Shown here: positions 47,247 to 57,434 of the stretch, one piece after another | Layout of the letters: each line of letters begins with the position of its first letter | Numbering within the stretch: the stretch's first letter is position 1 | Translations under genes and position numbers: made by a program | Origin: an uncultured virus (IMG/VR IMGVR_UViG_2562617076_000004) | Lineage: Duplodnaviria > Heunggongvirae > Uroviricota > Caudoviricetes | Length of the DNA stretch: 64,000 nt | Virus record (IMG/VR): IMGVR_UViG_2562617076_000004 | Reading direction: 5' to 3' (one strand) | Notes under the pieces: generated by a model | What the model saw: only the letters and a program-made list of their open reading frames with translations | Told to the model about the DNA's origin: nothing | Databases searched by the model: none

Positions 47247-49009
47247 AAAATCTCCACAATGTTGCTGGTATTGGCGGATTCGCCCTGCAGCGGTTCGTTA
47301 AACAGTGCGTGCATCGTTGCCCAGGCCAAATCTGCGTGGCTGGCCTCTTCGCTGCGGCTGGCTTCATAGGTTGGACGGTTGCCGCTGGCGGTGGTGGCGC
47401 GGCGGATAGCCATAAAGGACTGCGCAATGTCGGTGTGCCCGGCGTCAAACTCCAGACGGCGGTGGCTGATAATGTCGTACGCCTTGAGCACTAGGGCATT
47501 TTTGACGTTAGGGTTGTAGACAAACTCCCGCACGGCAGGAAAGAACGCTTTTACGTTCTCATAAACACCGTGCCCGACGCCGGTCGAGTCGATGCCGATA
47601 TAGGTCACGTTGTACTGCTGCGTCAGTTTTTTGATAGCATCAGCCTGGGCGCGAAAGTCCATCCCGCGCCACTGATGACGCTCCAGAATTCGGAACTTCC
47701 CGCCAGGTACAGTTGGAGGTGCCATAACCACGCAGCCTGCGCTGTCACCGTTCTGCGTACCTTTTGCCGGGTCATAACCGATCCACACTTCGCGCCAGCC
47801 AAACGGGCGCAGCGCCAGCGCCTGAAAATCGGTCCAGACTTCCCAGCTGTCCACCATGCACGCCTGCAGCTCGCTGAGCGGGAACACGGACGCGAGATCG
47901 TCCACGAACTCACACATCAGCAGGTTCTGGTATTCGTCCGGGCTGTACTCCATGCGCAGCTGGTCGAGGTCGAACAGGTTACAGCCGCCGCGCACCGCAT
48001 CCTCCACGGTGACGATCTGGCGGTACTGCCCGTCAGGGCAGAGCAGGCCGCGCGCAAGGTTGCTGTGGGTCAGGTCAATATCCACCTTGTCCGCTTTGGC
48101 ACGGCCCCGGTTAAACAGCGCGCCGGACCAGAACGGATAGGCACTGTGGGTCAGGCTGGACGGCGTGGAAAAGTAGGTTTGTCGCCATTTCTTGTGAATG
48201 GCCATACCGGAGGCCACCTTGCGCAGTTCCTGGAATTTCGGTATCCAGAAATATTCATCAAGGTACAGGTTGCCGTGGTAGCTCTGCGCCGTACGGGCGT
48301 TGGTGCCGAGAAAGTACAATGCTGCACCATTGGGTAGCACCATAGGATCGCCTTTCAGCTCCACCTCAACTTCTTTGGCAAAGTCGATGATGTACTGCTT
48401 AAAGACGTGCGCCTGTGCCTTACTGGCAGAAAGGAAAATCTGGTTGCGTCCGGTCAGCAGGGCGTCAATCAATGCTTCACGGGCAAAATAAAACGTGGCG
48501 CCAATCTGGCGCGACTTGAGCAGATTACGGATTCGGTTTGTTTTTCCTGCTTCAAACCAGTGACGCTGATAGTCGAACATTGAGGCGTGGAAGACTTCTT
48601 CCAGCTTTTCGATCTGTTCGTCGGAGAAAACGTTCTTTTCCGGCTGCCTGCGCGGACCTTTGTTACGGTTGGCTACTTTCGGGTTTAAATCTGCTTCGTT
48701 CCCGCCGTCGTTAAATTTTCCGATCCGGGCGTGACGCTCTGACTGGCGCGCCAGCAGGTCAATTTCCTTGAAGTCTTTCCCTTCTTTCTGCTCCTTCATA
48801 ATGAGCTGGCAGTAGCGTGCGGCGGTGGTGAGCTGCATCTGATCCAGCGGCCCATAGTCGCCCCACTTGTCGCGTTTTTTCCAGCTGTGAACGGTTGCAA
48901 CTTTTTCGCCCAGCATTTCAGCAATGCGGGCTACGCGGTATCCCTGAAAGTACAGCAGCATGGCCTGCCTACGGGGATCGAGGTCTGCGGGGGTCTGTGT
49001 CGTGTTCAT
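47243..49009 (-). CDS. Terminase ATPase subunit P
   Basis: LKSRQIGATFYF and DEYFW motifs. Confidence 0.97.
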   Translation of the reverse strand: MNTTQTPADLDPRRQAMLLYFQGYRVARIAEMLGEKVATVHSWKKRDKWGDYGPLDQMQLTTAARYCQLIMKEQKEGKDFKEIDLLARQSERHARIGKFNDGGNEADLNPKVANRNKGPRRQPEKNVFSDEQIEKLEEVFHASMFDYQRHWFEAGKTNRIRNLLKSRQIGATFYFAREALIDALLTGRNQIFLSASKAQAHVFKQYIIDFAKEVEVELKGDPMVLPNGAALYFLGTNARTAQSYHGNLYLDEYFWIPKFQELRKVASGMAIHKKWRQTYFSTPSSLTHSAYPFWSGALFNRGRAKADKVDIDLTHSNLARGLLCPDGQYRQIVTVEDAVRGGCNLFDLDQLRMEYSPDEYQNLLMCEFVDDLASVFPLSELQACMVDSWEVWTDFQALALRPFGWREVWIGYDPAKGTQNGDSAGCVVMAPPTVPGGKFRILERHQWRGMDFRAQADAIKKLTQQYNVTYIGIDSTGVGHGVYENVKAFFPAVREFVYNPNVKNALVLKAYDIISHRRLEFDAGHTDIAQSFMAIRRATTASGNRPTYEASRSEEASHADLAWATMHALFNEPLQGESANTSNIVEIF

Positions 49010-49055
49010 GGCCCAAACATACGGCCTTGGATGGCGGCTTTCCCCGGCTGCGGTT

Positions 49056-49073
49056 TGTGTGGTTTACCGTACA
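49056..49073. promoter_or_regulatory. Ogr-type late activator site between P and O
   Basis: TGT-N12-ACA. Confidence 0.7.
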
Positions 49074-49151
49074 AATACAGCGCGTTGTCTCACTCCCCCT
49101 ATCACCGCAAACATAAGGCTCCAGTAAGTTATTTCTAACGGAGCACGGCTC

Positions 49152-49985
49152 ATGACAGTGAAAGCAAAGCGTTTCCGCATCGGGGTGGAAGGTGCCACCA
49201 CTGACGGGCGCGAGATCCAGCGTGAATGGCTGGTACAGATGGCTGCCAGCTACAACCCGACGGTCTATACCGCGCTGATTAACCTTGAGCACATCAAGTC
49301 TTATCTGCCGGAGAGCACTTTTAACCGCTATGGCAGGGTGACGGGGCTGGTTGCAGAAGAAATCCAGGACGGCCCGCTGGCGGGCAAGATGGCACTTTAT
49401 GCCGATATCGAACCCACTGACGCCCTGGTGGAACTGGTGAAAAAAGGCCAGAAGCTTTTCACCTCCATGGAGGTCAGCACGAAGTTTGCCGACACCGGCA
49501 AAGCCTACCTTGTGGGGCTGGGTGCGACGGACGATCCTGCGAGCCTTGGCACCGAAATGCTGGCTTTCAGCGCCAGCGCCGCACATAACCCGCTGGCAAA
49601 CCGTAAGCAGAACCCTGAAAACCTGTTTTCGGAAGCTGTCGAAACGCTGATCGAACTGGAAGAGGTCCAGGACGAAAAGCCGTCCCTCTTTGCCCGCGTC
49701 ACCGCGCTGTTCACCAAAAAAGAGCAGACCGATGAGGCGCGTTTCTCCGATGTGCATAAAGCCGTGGAACTGGTCGCCTCCGAGCAGCAGAACCTGAGCG
49801 AGCGCACTGATAAATCCCTGTCCGAACAGGACAAGCGCCTTTCTGAGCTGGAGTCCTCCCTGCAGGAACAGCTGGCCGCCTTTGCCGAGCTTGAGCAGAA
49901 GCTTAGCAGCGAAGACAGCCGTAAAGACTACCGCCAGCGCGCGCCGGGCGGTGACGCACCGGCAGGCACCCTGACCAATTGCTGA
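49152..49985 (+). CDS. Capsid scaffolding protein O
   Basis: VEGATTDGR and TDDPASLGT motifs. Confidence 0.95.
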   Translation: MTVKAKRFRIGVEGATTDGREIQREWLVQMAASYNPTVYTALINLEHIKSYLPESTFNRYGRVTGLVAEEIQDGPLAGKMALYADIEPTDALVELVKKGQKLFTSMEVSTKFADTGKAYLVGLGATDDPASLGTEMLAFSASAAHNPLANRKQNPENLFSEAVETLIELEEVQDEKPSLFARVTALFTKKEQTDEARFSDVHKAVELVASEQQNLSERTDKSLSEQDKRLSELESSLQEQLAAFAELEQKLSSEDSRKDYRQRAPGGDAPAGTLTNC

Positions 49986-50001
49986 TGGAGCATAAAACCC
50001 G

Positions 50002-51066
50002 ATGAAAAAGAAAACCCGCTTTGCCTTTAACGCTTACCTGCAGCAGTTGGCGCGCCTGAACAGTGTGGAGGTTGAAGAACTCTCCAGCAAGTTTACCGTG
50101 GAGCCGTCCGTGCAGCAGACGCTGGAAGACCAGATCCAGCAGTCCGCCGCTTTCCTGACGCTGATTAACATCACGCCGGTCACTGAGCAGTCAGGGCAGT
50201 TGCTGGGGCTGGGCGTTGGCAGCACCATTGCCGGAACCACCGATACCACCACCAAAGAGCGCGAGCCTACCGATCCGACGCTGATGGAAGACGTGGAATA
50301 CAAATGCGAGCAGACCAACTTTGATACGGTGCTGACCTACGCAAAACTGGACCTGTGGGCGAAATTCCAGGACTTCCAGGTGCGTATCCGCAACGCTATC
50401 GTCAAACGTCAGGCGCTGGACCGCATCATGATTGGCTTTAACGGCGTGAAGCGCGCCAAAACCTCCAATCGTGCTGAAAACCCGCTGCTGCAGGACGTCA
50501 ATAAAGGCTGGCTGCAGAAAATCCGCGAAGACGCGCCGGATCACGTCATGGGCAGCAAAACCACAGAAGACGGCACCACTACTGCGGAACCGGTAAAAGT
50601 AGGTCCGGGTGGTAAGTATGTAAATCTTGACGCGGTGGTGATGGATACCGTCAACGAGCTGATCGATGTGGAGTATCAGGATGATGACGAACTGGTTGTT
50701 GTCTGTGGTCGTGAATTGCTTTCTGACAAGTATTTCCCGCTAGTCAACAAAGAGCAGGACAACAGCGAGAAAATCGCCGCCGATCTGATCATCAGCCAGA
50801 AACGCATGGGCGGCCTGCAGGCTGTGCGCGCGCCTTTCTTCCCGGCAAATGCCCTGCTGATCACCCGTCTGGATAACCTGTCCATCTACTGGCAGGAAGA
50901 CACCCGCCGTCGTTCTGTTATCGACAACCCGAAACGTGACCGGATTGAAAACTTTGAATCCGTCAACGAGGCGTATGTGGTCGAGGACTACCGCTGCGCG
51001 GCGCTGGTAGAAAACATCGAAATCGGTGATTTCAGCGCGCCTGCCGCACCGGAAGGTGGGGAATAA
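50002..51066 (+). CDS. Major capsid protein N
   Basis: ALDRIMIGFNG and LQDVNKGWLQK motifs. Confidence 0.97.
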   Translation: MKKKTRFAFNAYLQQLARLNSVEVEELSSKFTVEPSVQQTLEDQIQQSAAFLTLINITPVTEQSGQLLGLGVGSTIAGTTDTTTKEREPTDPTLMEDVEYKCEQTNFDTVLTYAKLDLWAKFQDFQVRIRNAIVKRQALDRIMIGFNGVKRAKTSNRAENPLLQDVNKGWLQKIREDAPDHVMGSKTTEDGTTTAEPVKVGPGGKYVNLDAVVMDTVNELIDVEYQDDDELVVVCGRELLSDKYFPLVNKEQDNSEKIAADLIISQKRMGGLQAVRAPFFPANALLITRLDNLSIYWQEDTRRRSVIDNPKRDRIENFESVNEAYVVEDYRCAALVENIEIGDFSAPAAPEGGE

Positions 51067-51069
51067 CGC

Positions 51070-51720
51070 ATGAGCCTGAGTCCCGCACGGCAGCACCGCC
51101 TGCGCATTCAGGCCGAACAGGCCGCCCGTGAGGGCGGCAGTGTTCGCCATGCGTCGGGCTATGACCTGATGCTGCTGCAGCTGGCAGAAGACCGCCGCCG
51201 CCTCAAGGGCGTCCAGTCCACGGTGAAAAAGGCGGAAATCAAGGTGGAGCTGCTGCCGAAATATTCCGCCTGGGCGGAGGGCGTGCTGGCTGCCGGAGGT
51301 GCGCAGCAGGATGACGTGCTGATGTACGTGATGCTGTGGCGTATCGATGCCGGTGATTATGCCGGTGCGCTGGAAATCGGGCGTCATGCGCTGCGCCATG
51401 GCTGGGTGATGCCGCTGGGCAACCGTAACGTGCAGACCGTGCTGGCAGAGGAAATGGCAGACGCGGCGCAAGGCGCTCTGCTAGCCGCAGCCGGTTTTGA
51501 TGCCGATCTGCTTTTGCAGACACTGGACCTGACAACCGATCTGGATATGCCGGACCAGTCGCGGGCGCGTCTGCATAAAGCCATCGGCGCTGTACTGAGC
51601 GAAAGCAACCCGGCATCTGCCCTGAATCACCTTACCCATGCGCTGCAGCTCGATCCCCGCTGCGGTGTGAAAAAAGAAAAGCAGCAGCTGGAGCGCAGAC
51701 TGCGCAATGACAGCCGCTAA
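51070..51720 (+). CDS. Terminase endonuclease subunit M
   Basis: MSLSPARQH and LWRIDAGD motifs. Confidence 0.93.
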   Translation: MSLSPARQHRLRIQAEQAAREGGSVRHASGYDLMLLQLAEDRRRLKGVQSTVKKAEIKVELLPKYSAWAEGVLAAGGAQQDDVLMYVMLWRIDAGDYAGALEIGRHALRHGWVMPLGNRNVQTVLAEEMADAAQGALLAAAGFDADLLLQTLDLTTDLDMPDQSRARLHKAIGAVLSESNPASALNHLTHALQLDPRCGVKKEKQQLERRLRNDSR

Positions 51721-51813
51721 CGAACGTGCCCCGCGCACGGGCGGCACGGGGTGGCGAAAGGCACTGCCACATCAAAATTCCGTCCACCGCCCACTTATTC
51801 AGGAGAAAGTCGC

Positions 51814-52278
51814 ATGAAGTTTGTTGCGCCCGAACAGGCACCGGAACAGGCGGAGGTCATCAAAAATACGCCGTTCTGGCCTGATGTGGACCTGTCGGAA
51901 TTTCGCAGTGTGATGCGCACTGACGGCACGGTGACGCAGCCGCGTTTAAAGCAGGTCGTGCTGACGGCGATCTCTGAGGTTAACGCTGAGCTGTACGACT
52001 TCCGCAACCGTCAGCAGATGCAGGGCTGGCGGACACTTGCTGAGGTTCCCGCAGAAATGCTGGACGGTAAAAGCGAGCGTATCCGGCACTACCACAACGC
52101 TGTTTTTTGCTGGGCGCGCGCTGTGCTTAATGAGCGTTATCAGGACTATGACGCCACGGCGTCAGGCGTGAAGCGAGGGGAGGAGCTGGCGGAGGCCAGC
52201 GGCGATCTGTGGCGTGATGCCCGCTGGGCCATCAGCCGGGTGCAGGATGCACCGCACTGTACGGTGGAGCTTATCTGA
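51814..52278 (+). CDS. Head completion protein L
   Basis: NTPFWPD...TVELI. Confidence 0.92.
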   Translation: MKFVAPEQAPEQAEVIKNTPFWPDVDLSEFRSVMRTDGTVTQPRLKQVVLTAISEVNAELYDFRNRQQMQGWRTLAEVPAEMLDGKSERIRHYHNAVFCWARAVLNERYQDYDATASGVKRGEELAEASGDLWRDARWAISRVQDAPHCTVELI

Positions 52279-52481
52279 TGAAAGTGCGTGCGCATCAGTA
52301 TGACACGGTGGACGCGCTTTGCTGGCGTCATTACGGGCGCACGCAGGGTGTCACTGAGCAGGTTCTGCAGGCAAATCCGGGGCTGGCTGAGTACGGCCCA
52401 TTTTTACCGCACGGGCTGCAGGTGGAGCTGCCGGACATTACGGCGTCAACCACGGCGCAGACCGTCCAGCTATGGGACTGA
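52278..52481 (+). CDS. Tail protein X
   Basis: DTVDALCWRHYG...VQLWD. Confidence 0.92.
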   Translation: MKVRAHQYDTVDALCWRHYGRTQGVTEQVLQANPGLAEYGPFLPHGLQVELPDITASTTAQTVQLWD

Positions 52482-52484
52482 ATT

Positions 52485-52700
52485 ATGACGCTTGAACGAA
52501 TCAGCGCCTTTATCACTTACTGCATTGCCGTGCTGCTGGCATGGCTGGGCGATCTGTCGCTCAAGGATGCGTCAACGGTTGGCGGCGTACTGATTGGTGT
52601 GCTGATGCTGGCTATCAACTGGTACTACAAACACCAGTCTTTCAAATTGTTACGTGGCGGCAAGATTTCGCGGGGGGAATATGAATCCTTCAATCGTTAA
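52485..52700 (+). CDS. Holin (HP1 family)
   Basis: Small TM protein with INWYY motif, before the lysozyme. Confidence 0.85.
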   Translation: MTLERISAFITYCIAVLLAWLGDLSLKDASTVGGVLIGVLMLAINWYYKHQSFKLLRGGKISRGEYESFNR

Positions 52701-53190
52701 GCGCTGCCTTGTCGGGGCGGTGCTGGCTATCGCAGCCACGCTGCCCGGATTTCAGTCGCTTCATACCTCCGTTGAGGGGCTGAAACTGATCGCCGATTAC
52801 GAGGGATGCCGCCTGCAGCCTTATCAGTGCAGTGCGGGCGTCTGGACTGACGGGATCGGCAATACGTCCGGTGTGGTGCCTGGAAAAACCATCACGGAAC
52901 GGCAGGCGGCGCAGGGACTTATCACCAACGTGCTGCGCGTGGAGCGAGCACTGGATAAATGTGTGGTGCAGCCGATGCCGCAAAAGGTCTATGACGCGGT
53001 GGTGTCGTTTGCTTTCAACGTGGGCACCGGCAACGCCTGCAGCTCCACGCTGGTTAAGTTGCTGAACCAGCGACGCTGGGCGGATGCCTGCCATCAGCTG
53101 CCGCGCTGGGTATATGTCAAAGGTGTGTTTAATCAGGGGCTGGACAACCGCCGCGCGCGGGAAATGGCCTGGTGCTTAAAAGGAGCATAA
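52681..53190 (+). CDS. GH24 lysozyme endolysin
   Basis: EGCRLQPYQCSAGVWTDGIG, FAFNVG and GL.NRR motifs. Confidence 0.93.
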   Translation: MNPSIVKRCLVGAVLAIAATLPGFQSLHTSVEGLKLIADYEGCRLQPYQCSAGVWTDGIGNTSGVVPGKTITERQAAQGLITNVLRVERALDKCVVQPMPQKVYDAVVSFAFNVGTGNACSSTLVKLLNQRRWADACHQLPRWVYVKGVFNQGLDNRRAREMAWCLKGA

Positions 53191-53194
53191 CGGA

Positions 53195-53572
53195 ATGAAA
53201 AAGAAAGTCATGAGCGTTTTTTTCCAGCTGGCATGGGCTGCGCTGTTGGTAATCAGCCTGCTGTATCCGCGCAGCGGTGCGCCGGTTCTGGTTGGTGCGT
53301 CTGTCTGGGGGTCATGCTTCCTCGCCTGGCTGCTTGCTGCGCTGTGCGCTGTCGGGTGGTTCGCCGGAGATCGGGCGCGCGATGAGGTCAGGGCGGCATT
53401 AATCAAATTCAGGGCGCACCCCGTAAAACCCGTGCGTACATGGGCTATCAGGCTGCTTATTGTTCTGTGCCTGGCGTTTTCGGGATGGGTGATCACCCTA
53501 GTGTTTTACCTGCTGACGCTGGTTTTGTATCAGATTGCCCGCTCACAGCTTCATGAGCCGATGGCGGCCTGA
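53195..53572 (+). CDS. Membrane protein at the lysA position
   Basis: Multi-TM protein between endolysin and lysB. Confidence 0.65.
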   Translation: MKKKVMSVFFQLAWAALLVISLLYPRSGAPVLVGASVWGSCFLAWLLAALCAVGWFAGDRARDEVRAALIKFRAHPVKPVRTWAIRLLIVLCLAFSGWVITLVFYLLTLVLYQIARSQLHEPMAA

Positions 53573-53997
53573 TGCGTGCGCTGGCGGTAGTGCTGGCGCT
53601 GGCACTTGCGGCGCTGGGCTGGCAGTCGTGGCGGTTAAACAATGCCAGCCACACCATCGAAACGCAGGGCGCGGCGCTGAAAAGCAAAACGCAGGAGCTG
53701 ACGAAGAAAAACAGCCAGCTGATCGGCCTGTCCATTCTGACCGAAACCAACAGCCGGGAGCAGACGCGGCTTTATGCGGCAGCGGAACAGACCACCGCAC
53801 TGCTGCGAAGCCGTCAGCGCCGGATCGAGGAACTGAAACGTGAAAACGAGGATTTGCGCCGCTGGGCTGACACTCCTTTGCCTGCTGACATTATCCGGCT
53901 GCGGGAGCGTCCGGCCCTCGCCGGAGGTGCAGCTTACCGTGAGTGGCTGTCCCAGAGTGACGCAGTGCCGCCTGGAAAGGTCAGCGCCGAGCAGTAA
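53572..53997 (+). CDS. lysB: LysB (Rz-like) spanin
   Basis: N-terminal TM, coiled coil, ENEDLRRWADTPLP. Confidence 0.88.
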   Translation: MRALAVVLALALAALGWQSWRLNNASHTIETQGAALKSKTQELTKKNSQLIGLSILTETNSREQTRLYAAAEQTTALLRSRQRRIEELKRENEDLRRWADTPLPADIIRLRERPALAGGAAYREWLSQSDAVPPGKVSAEQ

Positions 53998-54130
53998 CGG
54001 CGATCTGAATGCGGAGCTGGATGAAACCGAGGCCGCCTGGGCGGTCTGTGCTGACAAAGTGGACACAATTATTGCGTGTCAGGAGCGAGACAGTGAACAA
54101 ACCGCAGTCCTTACGCAGCGCCCTGAATAA
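53840..54130 (+). CDS. lysC: LysC (Rz1-like) lipoprotein spanin
   Basis: Lipobox LSGC, CPRVTQC and NGDL motifs. Confidence 0.82.
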   Translation: MKTRICAAGLTLLCLLTLSGCGSVRPSPEVQLTVSGCPRVTQCRLERSAPSSNGDLNAELDETEAAWAVCADKVDTIIACQERDSEQTAVLTQRPE

Positions 54131-54524
54131 AGCGGTTGCCTATGTCCGGGACAACCCGGACAAGCTGCACCTTTTCGTTGATAACGGCTCACTGGTGGCA
54201 ACAGGAGCCAGTTCCATGTCATGGGAATACCGCTACACCCTGAACGTGGTGATCGAGGATTTCAGCGGCGACCAGAATCTGCTGATGGCCCCGGTTTTGC
54301 TGTGGCTGCGTGATAACCAGCCCGATGCCATCAATAACCCGGCGTTACGGGAAAAGTTATTCACCTTTGAGGTGGATATTCTGCGCAATGATGTCTGTGA
54401 TATCAGCCTGAACCTGCAACTGACGGAGCGTGTGCTGGTCAGCACTGACGGAAGTGTGTCGAGCGTTGAAGCGATAACGGAACCCGATGAACCTGAAGAA
54501 ATGTGGACGGTGAAACGTGGCTGA
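54093..54524 (+). CDS. Tail completion protein R
   Basis: NKPQSLR and SWEYRYTL motifs. Confidence 0.9.
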   Translation: MNKPQSLRSALNKAVAYVRDNPDKLHLFVDNGSLVATGASSMSWEYRYTLNVVIEDFSGDQNLLMAPVLLWLRDNQPDAINNPALREKLFTFEVDILRNDVCDISLNLQLTERVLVSTDGSVSSVEAITEPDEPEEMWTVKRG

Positions 54525-54960
54525 ATTGCAGAAGGTGGACGACTGGCTGAGTGCCTTGCTGGCGAATCTGGAGCCAGCCGCAAGAAGCCGCATGATGCGT
54601 CAGCTGGCGCAGGAACTGCGCCGGACACAGCAGCAGAATATCAGGATGCAGCGCAACCCTGACGGCAGCAGCTATGAACCGCGAAGGGTAACAGCACGCA
54701 GTAAAAAGGGGCGTATCAAACGTCAGATGTTTGCAAAGCTGCGCACCACAAAATACCTGAAAACTGCCGCCAGTGCCGACTCTGCCAGCGTGCAGTTTGA
54801 GGGCAAGGTGCAGCGCATTGCTCGTGTTCACCATTACGGACTGCGTGATCGTGTAAGCCACAAGGGGCCTTGGATTCGATATGAGGAGAGGAGATTACTT
54901 GGTAATAACGATAAGGTTGAAAAACAAATTTATGATGTCTTAGTAGAGTGGTTAAAATAA
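54517..54960 (+). CDS. Tail completion protein S
   Basis: QRNPDGS and IARVHHYG motifs; 3' end turns AT-rich. Confidence 0.9.
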   Translation: MAELQKVDDWLSALLANLEPAARSRMMRQLAQELRRTQQQNIRMQRNPDGSSYEPRRVTARSKKGRIKRQMFAKLRTTKYLKTAASADSASVQFEGKVQRIARVHHYGLRDRVSHKGPWIRYEERRLLGNNDKVEKQIYDVLVEWLK

Positions 54961-54978
54961 TAATTCATATATAAATGG

Positions 54979-55007
54979 TTGGGCGGCGTTTTAAAACCGC
55001 CCAAAAA
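54979..55007. terminator. Terminator hairpin between S and AIPR
   Basis: TTGGGCGG-N10-CCGCCCAA followed by an A run. Confidence 0.7.
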
Positions 55008-55010
55008 TAT

Positions 55011-56717
55011 TTATTCTAAGTTTTCAGCTAAGACTCTTAACGGTTCTATAGGCTGAAATGCTTTTAAGGAGCTTAAAGTGTTTTTAACTTCTGTAGCGAC
55101 AGTATGCAAAGGATTTTCTGTTTCAGATAAGTATGTGGTTAGATCTTGACCAGCAAATCTAATGACAAATGGCAGTATAGCAGCGATTACTGGCGTCCAT
55201 AAGTTAATTAAGTCGTCTAACGAATTGTTTGCTGCAAGGGATGTATTATATTTGTATTTAACAAATTTCTTATTCAATGGCTTGTCTGTTAATTCCTCAA
55301 GAATTTCGCCTACTATAGCAATCAAAAAGAAACGAGATTTAAGGTTTTGTAAGAATAGTAAGTTATCCTCATCAGATTTTATTTTGTTTTCTTTATTTTT
55401 AATCTGTGCCTTAACTTTTTCTATTGCTTTCGAAATAGTGTATGCACATAAAATATGTTGAGCTTTTGATTCATGAAATGCATTGTCATAAGCAGTCTTA
55501 GTATCAAAAACATAGTTTTTGCCTCTATTTGCGCTGGCGTAATCGCCATGTAGAGCTACTAAGGGTTGTGCAACTGACTCAATGCCAAATAAAGAACTGG
55601 TGTTCTCAAAACCTCGTTTTAAAGAATAACTATAACCTAAGGTTGAAAACTCCTCACCTACTTGTTTTTGTTCTGGACTATTTGAATAATGATCCCAAGT
55701 CGTTATATGATTTTGAGTGTTATTGAACTGAACTATTTTTTTTACTTTATCAGCATCATTGCACTCAATAACTTTACATAATACTTTCAACCCATCAAGT
55801 TTTTGTATATCTTGCACAGAGCCTATAGAGCCAGTGGTTTGCGCTCCGTTGATGATCGATATGCCTTCTAAAATTCCTTCATTTTTATTCTTTTTGAATT
55901 TCGTTGTAAGAATTGATACGCCATTATTAAAAACAAAAAAATCTTTAGGAGTGGTTTCGGCTGTACTTCTAATTGATGAGTTTATTTTTCTTCTTTTGCT
56001 GAGCCCCATAAAACCGCGGTAGTTAGCTGAGAATAGTTCAGCACCATGTGTTTTGAAAAGAGAGTTCAGCCAACTGCCATTAGCGAACCCTACATGGGAA
56101 GTCCATCCGTCTCCTTGTACTGAATCGACAAGAATACCATCAAAAACTATATCGTCTTTCACAACGATTTGCTGAGAAAGTGCTATATATAATTTTTCAA
56201 GACTATATACACCCAATTCTTTGTACGTTATTTCGATTTCTTTATCAGTAAAGCGACCTGCCAGATAGTCACGACATGTTTCTAATTCAACTCTTACCTG
56301 TTCTGACTCAGCGCAATTGTGAATATATAAAAGCTCTACAGCTTCTATTTCATTATCATCAATAAGTTTTCTGACCTCGGCAATTTTCGCTCTTAATTTT
56401 TCATTAGGAGATTGACCAGAACCTGAAGTTATCCATGCTAAAGCAGTGTTGAGATCGGATGCTTTATTCGCTGGCGCAACGATTTTCAAAGCTTCTTGGT
56501 TGCAGTAATAACCTTGCGCAATAAATAGTGTTGAATTTATTACAGTAATAAAATCTATTTTTTTATCATTACCACCATCAGTTAAACCATCTGAGGCTAA
56601 TTTATCAAAGTCTGATTCGTCCAAGTATAGACCTAGGGACCATAATAGATGCGCGTTTCCAACGCCATATTTCTCGACAAAATCAGTCTTTTTTAGTAGT
56701 TGCTTTAGATGTTCCAT
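55011..56717 (-). CDS. AIPR-family protein (abortive infection phage resistance domain)
   Basis: LFSANYRGFMG, FFVFNNGVSI, IINGAQTT and NNTQN motifs; AT-rich moron. Confidence 0.88.
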   Translation of the reverse strand: MEHLKQLLKKTDFVEKYGVGNAHLLWSLGLYLDESDFDKLASDGLTDGGNDKKIDFITVINSTLFIAQGYYCNQEALKIVAPANKASDLNTALAWITSGSGQSPNEKLRAKIAEVRKLIDDNEIEAVELLYIHNCAESEQVRVELETCRDYLAGRFTDKEIEITYKELGVYSLEKLYIALSQQIVVKDDIVFDGILVDSVQGDGWTSHVGFANGSWLNSLFKTHGAELFSANYRGFMGLSKRRKINSSIRSTAETTPKDFFVFNNGVSILTTKFKKNKNEGILEGISIINGAQTTGSIGSVQDIQKLDGLKVLCKVIECNDADKVKKIVQFNNTQNHITTWDHYSNSPEQKQVGEEFSTLGYSYSLKRGFENTSSLFGIESVAQPLVALHGDYASANRGKNYVFDTKTAYDNAFHESKAQHILCAYTISKAIEKVKAQIKNKENKIKSDEDNLLFLQNLKSRFFLIAIVGEILEELTDKPLNKKFVKYKYNTSLAANNSLDDLINLWTPVIAAILPFVIRFAGQDLTTYLSETENPLHTVATEVKNTLSSLKAFQPIEPLRVLAENLE

Positions 56718-56791
56718 TCTGATATCCAGTCCAGTGTCAATGAGATAAGTCTATATAATGTATATCTGCTTATCTGAACTTTCTAGTTTTT

Positions 56792-56809
56792 TGTATGAAG
56801 CCTCATACA
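56792..56809. promoter_or_regulatory. Ogr-type late activator site upstream of V
   Basis: TGT-ATGAAGCCTCAT-ACA. Confidence 0.72.
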
Positions 56810-56855
56810 AATATCAATGCTACTTCTCATTTGCTGTTTCTATCATGCTCTCCAC

Positions 56856-57434
56856 ATGAACGAACAACTGACCGAAATCATGCGCCTTATCACCAACCTC
56901 ATCCGCACCGGCATTGTGACCGAAGTGGATCGGGAAAACTGGCTGTGCCGGGTGAAAGTGGGCGAGCTTGAAACAAACTGGATTAACTGGCTGACGCTGC
57001 GCGCCGGTGGTGCCCGTACATGGTGGTGTCCGTCGCCGGATGAGCAGGTGGTGGTGCTGAGCATGGGCGGTAATCTGGAAACCGCTTTTGTGCTGCCCGC
57101 TATCTACTCCAATCAGTTTCCGCCGCCGTCGGATTCCGTGGACGGCTGCGTGACGGAGTACCCGGACGGGGGCTGGTTTGAGTATGAACCTGCCACCGGA
57201 CGGTGGCATGTCCGGGGTATCAAATCCATGGTGATCGAAGCGGTGGACAATATCACCCTCAAAACCGGTGAGTTTGTGGTGGAGGCTGACACCACGCGCA
57301 TTAACAGTGAGGTGGTGATCAATGGTGGCATTACTCAGGGCGGTGGCGCGATGAGTTCCAACGGGATCGTAGTTGATGACCATGAGCATACTGGTGTTCT
57401 GAAAGGCGGTGCTAACACGGGAGGTCCGGTATGA
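56856..57434 (+). CDS. Baseplate spike V
   Basis: NLIRTG and HEHTGV motifs. Confidence 0.93.
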   Translation: MNEQLTEIMRLITNLIRTGIVTEVDRENWLCRVKVGELETNWINWLTLRAGGARTWWCPSPDEQVVVLSMGGNLETAFVLPAIYSNQFPPPSDSVDGCVTEYPDGGWFEYEPATGRWHVRGIKSMVIEAVDNITLKTGEFVVEADTTRINSEVVINGGITQGGGAMSSNGIVVDDHEHTGVLKGGANTGGPV

